Assembly: GCA_046582655.1 (NCBI GenBank)
Contig: JAYGDX010000076.1
Span: 1 to 11,685 of the forward strand
From: Candidatus Poribacteria bacterium
GTDB taxonomy: Bacteria > Poribacteria > WGA-4E > UBA9662
DNA length: 11,685 nucleotides
Reading direction: 5' to 3'
Position numbers and translations under genes: made by a program. Shown here piece by piece: positions 7,168-11,685 of the stretch (position 1 is its first letter; every line of letters begins with the position of its first letter). The notes beneath the pieces are model-generated. The model did no database searches. It was not told where the DNA came from and worked only from the letters and a program-made list of their open reading frames with translations.

Positions 7168-9899
7168 TCATGCCCAGTCATGGAACTCATCGATCCTTAG
7201 GGCGGCAAACGTCTGATCTGATCCGGGGTCGTAGCGAAGAACCCAATTCCTCCCGTCGTATTCGAACTCGTAGACCACAACCGAGTGGTCTCCCCTCTCT
7301 GATTTCCGGTCAGGTAGCCGAGTGAGATTCAACCAATCGGAGACATGCTCCTTGTAGCGGATTACTTCTTCTCTGGCAACATTGTAGACCGATCCGAAGT
7401 CCTCTATCTCGACTACGTAGCCAAGTTCTTCCGGCACGTCCACAAGTTCGACCACTTCCGGTGTGTGGAAGCCTTGGTTCACTTCTCCCGGTTCACCGGA
7501 CACGGACTGAACCTGATACGCTTTTTGAGTTGGGTCTTCCTCAGTAAAAATTTCATTGAGATCGCCGGGTATGAGGAAACGAACCAACAGTTCCTTGATA
7601 AGCGGCATCAATGGCCCTTCATAGAAATTGTACTGTCCGCTCTTGGATCCGGAGGTGATTATACTGTGTGCTAATTCCAGATCTTCGATGCTGAGCTCCG
7701 GTTCCATAGGGGATGCCATATGGCGACCACGGCAGCGAACCTTTAGGGCTGGCCCAGTCGGATATCACGAAGTCCCTGTCCATATTGCCTGAAATATCCT
7801 TTCCTTGCTCAAGCATCTCCCGCATCTTGTTCAGATACCGCTCGACCCGAGGCCAGAAATAGTGCTCCACCAGTTCGGCGTAATCTTCCGCCGTGTAGTC
7901 CAGAATTGCGCGCCAAGCTGTCGGCGACTGTGTCGCCGTGAAGGTAATCCAATTACTCTCGTTGTTCGCGTGTCCCGGCAGAATTGCCGGGAATCTTGCA
8001 GCGCGGTCGTCGTGCACCTTCATTCGGAACTGATCGTGCGACGAAGTCAGTTTGGCGATGAAGTGCATCACCTCTTCGACCTGCGCCGCGTAGCGTTCAA
8101 AAGCGTTCTTGTCTCCGGTTCGAAACGCCTTTCTCGCTCTGGCAAGCCGGTCGTTGAACAGCGCACCGAGATAAACCCGGCCGTAATCGACTACATCGAA
8201 GCAATAGAGAGGGTTCGTCTTCAGCAGGTCGTGCTCCTTAAGCATTGTCTTCAAGATGAAACGAAGCTTTGGCAAATAACCTAGCGTCCGCTTGACCGAG
8301 GTCGGAGTCAGCCCCGGGAGGTAGCCGCCGGCCCAGTCGCGGTATAGCGGGCGGTTAGTCATGTCCATGTTGTAGCATGAGTATAGCGTATCCATAGCCG
8401 CCTTGGTTACGTGCTGAAGGCGTTCCTCTGCTTTCGGGCCGTAACGTCCAATTGTCCACCGTCTCATGAAGTCGTCCAAGTCGACGGTCATAGGATTCCA
8501 GGCTATCTCCGTCAAGAGCTCCTGTTTGATATGCTCGCGATGGCTGGACTCTCCACCGACCGTGAACCCCCCCAATTGTGGGCCTTGGGATCTTTGCAAA
8601 GGACCTTTGCGTTGTCCACGGCGACCTTCATGTCGCCCCAAGGATTAGTGTGCTTACTGCACTGAACCACCATCCCGTTGATCCATCGCAATCCCCAGTA
8701 GTAGTCGTTGAGCTTGAAATCCGGCAAGCGCTGCGGGATCGCCAGGAAGCAGGTTACGACGACCGCATCGGATTTCTTGATGGCTTCTTTTTGCGCCTAG
8801 TAGGTGGCCGCGTACGGAAACGGCTGGCCAGTCAGTATGATTGCCTTCGGGTCCGCCTTTTTGACGGCGTCGATTGTCTTGAATAACAAAGCCTCGGTCA
8901 GCTCGTTTAGTTCTTCAGTGGAGCCGCTGCCAAAATGCCCTTCGCCGCCGATACCTATAGTAGTAGTGATCCGAGCCCTGCACTTCCATTTGCGTTGTCA
9001 CACAGGCAGTAATAAACTCCTGTACCTCCGGAATCCTGGGGTCCAACCATTGGAAAGTGAGACCGCACCATTCATAGGGCACAGTTGGCACCTTTTAGCC
9101 AGTTAATTCCTGGTACTTGCGCAAGAATTCTGCGGTCTGAACGCCATCGTAGTAGGGCATTGATCCAGGCTCGGTAGCGAGCCATGGCATGTGCCAGGTG
9201 ACCTCGTGCCAGCAGCGGATACCGCACATCCGTGCGTGGTTGAAGAGTCGCCGCATCATCAGCCAAGTTCTGCTCCTGCCACGGCGTAAGCTCGATCTTT
9301 ATGCCGAACTTGGCGGCTGCGAGCGCTTCTATACCGGTGTAACGTGCTAGCCAACCCACTTCGCAGGTATTGATACGTGTTTTGGCGAGCCAGTCGAACC
9401 ACTGGTTCCATTCCTCTTCGCTGTACCACCGATGACCGCTGTAAGCGGGGAAGTGGGCGACACACTTGTTTCGCCATTCGAACCGTGGTTTGCACACGTC
9501 GTTTAACTCGCGAACGGTCACCGATGACTGCCGCGGCACTTGATCGCCGTCTTCGAAGAAACCGAAACCGAGATGCTTCGTCAGAAGGTGATAGGTCGCA
9601 TAAAGGCATGAGTAGGGCTTGATCCCGACCAAAACGATGTTGTGTCCAATTGTCTTGACCATGTAGCCGTCGAAGCCCAAGGTCTCTTCTGATATATCGA
9701 GTCCTTCGGTCGGGGCCGCGCGACCGATGTAGATATTGGTCTTGTTGTCGCTAGGAGTGGTTTCCACCGGAAGCTGCGCCCCGCTCATCTGGCAGATGTA
9801 CTTAGTTAGCTCCGCCGCCGCGTGCCGTTCCTCCAGTGCAGCGCTATCCGAAACAACAATGCATGCTCGGGGTTGTCCATCCACGACCATTGCGATCAT
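7168..9899 (-). pseudogene. GH89-like (alpha-N-acetylglucosaminidase-like) glycoside hydrolase, multiply disrupted
   Basis: The fragments join into one ~900-aa protein: AAAELTKYI..SGA, PRFEWR, EEWNQWFDWLAKTRIN, MMRRLFNHARMCGI, WLDPRIPEVQEFI, GSDHYY/IGIGGEG, AVKKADPKAI, GFTVGGES..ELLTEIAWN..RYG, YCFDVVDYGR, ILDYTAEDYAELVEHYFWPRVERY. Frameshifts near 9262, 8960, 8570 (C7 run) and 7715; stops at 9095-9097 (TAA) and 8797-8799 (TAG). Confidence 0.8.
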
Positions 9900-9930
9900 T
9901 CGTATGTCATTGGCCTCTTGTTTGCAATTA

Positions 9931-10551
9931 TTATGTTTTGGTGTTTTGGTTTACTAATGACATTATCTTAGCGTGATGTGCTGTTTCCCAATCATTAAGT
10001 GATGTCATTGCATCCTTTTCTGCCCTGGATTTTGCTTTTCCATATACTTCATCTTCCCTCCCAGCTGGTATAACAGCAATGCCTTCCTCATCTGCAACAA
10101 TGATATCTCCTGGGGATATATTCACTCCTCCACAACTTATGGGTGCATTGAGTGGCCCAGTAATATTCTTTTGCCCGGGAATTGGGATAACACCACGGGC
10201 AAATACCGGAAATTTATTCTGCCGTATTTCCGCTAGGTCCCGAATTACTCCATCTATCACAAATCCGGCGACTCCTCTCTTCTGCGCTACTGCACAAACA
10301 TTGCCACCAGCCACTGCGAAGTCTGTATCTCCAGCATCAACAACAACGATAGAGCCAGCTGGTGCTGCATAAATTGCGGCATGGAGCATTAAATTATCAC
10401 CAGGGTGAAGTTGTACCGTAAATGCAGGACCTGCAATTCTTGGTATTTGTGGCCATAGCTCGTTAAGGCCAAAATCCATAAATTGGCAACGGTTTAAAGC
10501 CTCAGCGTAAGCGGTTGGTGAAAGCTCCCTATATTTTGAGTACTCAATCAT
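9931..10551 (-). CDS. RraA family / 4-hydroxy-4-methyl-2-oxoglutarate aldolase-like protein
   Basis: RIAGPAFTV, GDNLMLHAAI, GSIVVVDAG, GVAGFVIDGVIRDLAEI, FPVFARG and CGGVNISPGDIIVADEEGIAVIP; AAGGA RBS. Confidence 0.92.
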   Translation of the reverse strand: MIEYSKYRELSPTAYAEALNRCQFMDFGLNELWPQIPRIAGPAFTVQLHPGDNLMLHAAIYAAPAGSIVVVDAGDTDFAVAGGNVCAVAQKRGVAGFVIDGVIRDLAEIRQNKFPVFARGVIPIPGQKNITGPLNAPISCGGVNISPGDIIVADEEGIAVIPAGREDEVYGKAKSRAEKDAMTSLNDWETAHHAKIMSLVNQNTKT

Positions 10552-10612
10552 ACGGAATTCCTTTATTCAATTTTGATATGCTGGGACCACTACCTTTCTT
10601 AAATGGAGTTAT

Positions 10613-10648
10613 GCCTAACGGTGCGACCTGTATGTCGTGGCTTTAGCT
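10613..10648 (-). other. Degenerate attC-like site between the SGNH and RraA genes
   Basis: Begins just after the SGNH stop and ends in the core site GTTAGGC (GTTRRRY, 10619-10613). Imperfect hairpin CTAACGGTGCGAC/GTCGTGGCTTTAG. Shorter than canonical attC sites. Confidence 0.5.
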
Positions 10649-10650
10649 GA

Positions 10651-11196
10651 CTAGCGAGGCATATTACCTGCTCCTATCCAATTAGAGATGAGTGGCCTTG
10701 CATAAGCTGATAGTGTGGCGTATGCCTCGCTAGTTAAATGCAATCCGCCATCGTCAAAAAAACGGTCCACGGGGAGCCTGTCACCAAAGAACACATCATT
10801 CGTTTCAACATAGAGGTCATCGACCGGAAATCCGATCCGAATGGATGAGCTTAGCCTATCAATGAGTTCCCATTTGCCACTCTTCTGTGGTGCCTTAATG
10901 ATACTGAAATAGGCGAATGCTGTGACTGGTGACAGACCATGAACAATCTTGCAGCACTGCGATACATTCGCAATAATGTTTTCTTCGAGAACTCCATTGT
11001 TGATATCATTACTCCCACAGTAAAATAATACTGCATTCGGTGATTCGGCAGTCAACACATCGGCCAAGTGTTCCGTCCAGTACGAGGTCGTTGTTCCTCC
11101 AATGGCACGGTTCTTCACAGTGTAACCGAGCGCGAAGTCCTTCATATTGCTCCATTGTTCAAATATAGAACTACCAATGAGAAGGATTGTTTTCAT
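10651..11196 (-). CDS. SGNH/GDSL-family hydrolase (lipase/esterase-like)
   Basis: Block I LLIGSSIFEQW, block II NRAIGG, block III YCGSNDI and block V DGGLHL (canonical DGLH). Confidence 0.88.
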   Translation of the reverse strand: MKTILLIGSSIFEQWSNMKDFALGYTVKNRAIGGTTTSYWTEHLADVLTAESPNAVLFYCGSNDINNGVLEENIIANVSQCCKIVHGLSPVTAFAYFSIIKAPQKSGKWELIDRLSSSIRIGFPVDDLYVETNDVFFGDRLPVDRFFDDGGLHLTSEAYATLSAYARPLISNWIGAGNMPR

Positions 11197-11206
11197 ATAT
11201 CTTTTT

Positions 11207-11268
11207 GCCTAACGTAGTATTAATCGACAGTTTCCTGGGCTAGTACATGCTATCAGTATCTCTTAGTG
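11207..11268 (-). other. Degenerate attC-like site upstream of the SGNH gene
   Basis: Minus strand ...GGAAACTGTCGATTAATACTAC-GTTAGGC, 10 nt before the SGNH ATG. A possible decayed left arm CACTAAG-AGATACTGATAGCA lies ~60 bp upstream. Confidence 0.5.
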
Positions 11269-11401
11269 TTTTGACGATTGGAACTCGAAGCACAAAGAGC
11301 AGAAGAATAGCCTTGAAAACGACATCCATTCCACCACCATCATTTACCCCCTTGTGGTCTTTTCAGATCTTCAATACCAGATTATTTCAGAATCACCATA
11401 T

Positions 11402-11685
11402 TCAGTTAAAGGGAGGAAACTCATCCGGCTTAGCCCTAGCTCCATTCTTATATGTGATCTTACGGTTCTTAGTCTCCCCGTCTTCATCATACAAGTACCA
11501 TTCCCCTTGTTTCTTCCCATCAGAGGAATTGCCTTGATGCTGGCCATAATAGCCTTCATAATGCCGTTTGCCATTCTCATAATATGAAATGTAATGTCCT
11601 TCATTTAGACCATTTTTAAAGGTAGCTTCACTTTTCTTATTTCCATTCTTGAAGTACTGAATCCAAAATCCCTCTTTCTGACCAA
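11402..11685 (-). CDS. MORN-variant repeat protein (YwqK-like), C-terminal part; runs off the right edge
   Basis: Manual translation of 11683-11402: GQKEG...NKKSEATFKNGLNEGHYISYYENGKRHYEGYY...DGKKQGEWYLYDEDGETKNRKITYKNG...FPPFN*. Not in the ORF track; the listed 11371-11604 ORF is a different frame. Confidence 0.85.
   Translation of the reverse strand, partial: GQKEGFWIQYFKNGNKKSEATFKNGLNEGHYISYYENGKRHYEGYYGQHQGNSSDGKKQGEWYLYDEDGETKNRKITYKNGARAKPDEFPPFN

Noticed and set aside
6948..7190. 80-aa ORF and a possible att-like imperfect inverted repeat (~7004-7035) upstream of TIR copy 2
   Set aside because: No recognisable protein motif, poor symmetry and no similarity to the 571-598 palindrome.
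269..8799. TAG recoding or read-through to explain in-frame TAGs in both TIR copies and the GH89-like gene
   Set aside because: The intact membrane, M14 and SGNH genes end at TAG in sensible positions, and the same broken genes also carry frameshifts and a TAA.
49..9957. Antisense or overlapping ORFs (e.g. 49-360, 512-865, 953-1453, 1959-2309, 4024-4287, 7345-7674, 7805-8284, 9259-9609)
   Set aside because: They are shadow frames of better-supported genes and have no recognisable motifs.
11263..11343. 26-aa minus-strand ORF with an AAGGGG RBS whose stop falls in the putative attC left arm
   Set aside because: Consistent with a mini-cassette, but too short and featureless to support.
1..11685. 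CRISPR array, tRNA, rRNA or intact transposase/integrase
   Set aside because: No regularly spaced repeats, cloverleaf or rRNA-like sequence, or catalytic recombinase/transposase motifs were seen.

Overview
A mosaic, partly decayed accessory region from a bacterium; the LamG-like protein and DUF6785/DUF6784-type membrane protein suggest Ca. Poribacteria or a similar lineage (inference). Apparently intact genes are a 651-aa multi-pass membrane protein (+), an M14 zinc carboxypeptidase, an RraA/HMG-aldolase family protein and an SGNH hydrolase (all -). Two genes run off the window edges: a secreted LamG-like protein (left) and a MORN-variant repeat protein (right). Broken genes are a beta-helix secreted protein, a vWA-PEGA protein and a ~2.7-kb GH89-like glycosidase with at least six lesions. 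Three things are not visible in the ORF track. (1) Two diverged copies, 6.4 kb apart, of a ~300-bp module (extended -10 promoter, palindrome, RBS and the 5' end of a TIR-domain gene) that share the same premature TAG. (2) A large-serine-recombinase-like 3' fragment holding a perfect 28-bp palindrome, directly upstream of TIR copy 1. (3) attC-like GTTAGGC sites bracketing the SGNH and RraA genes, a probable degenerate integron cassette array with no integrase in the window. All family calls come from motif recognition by eye, not database searches.
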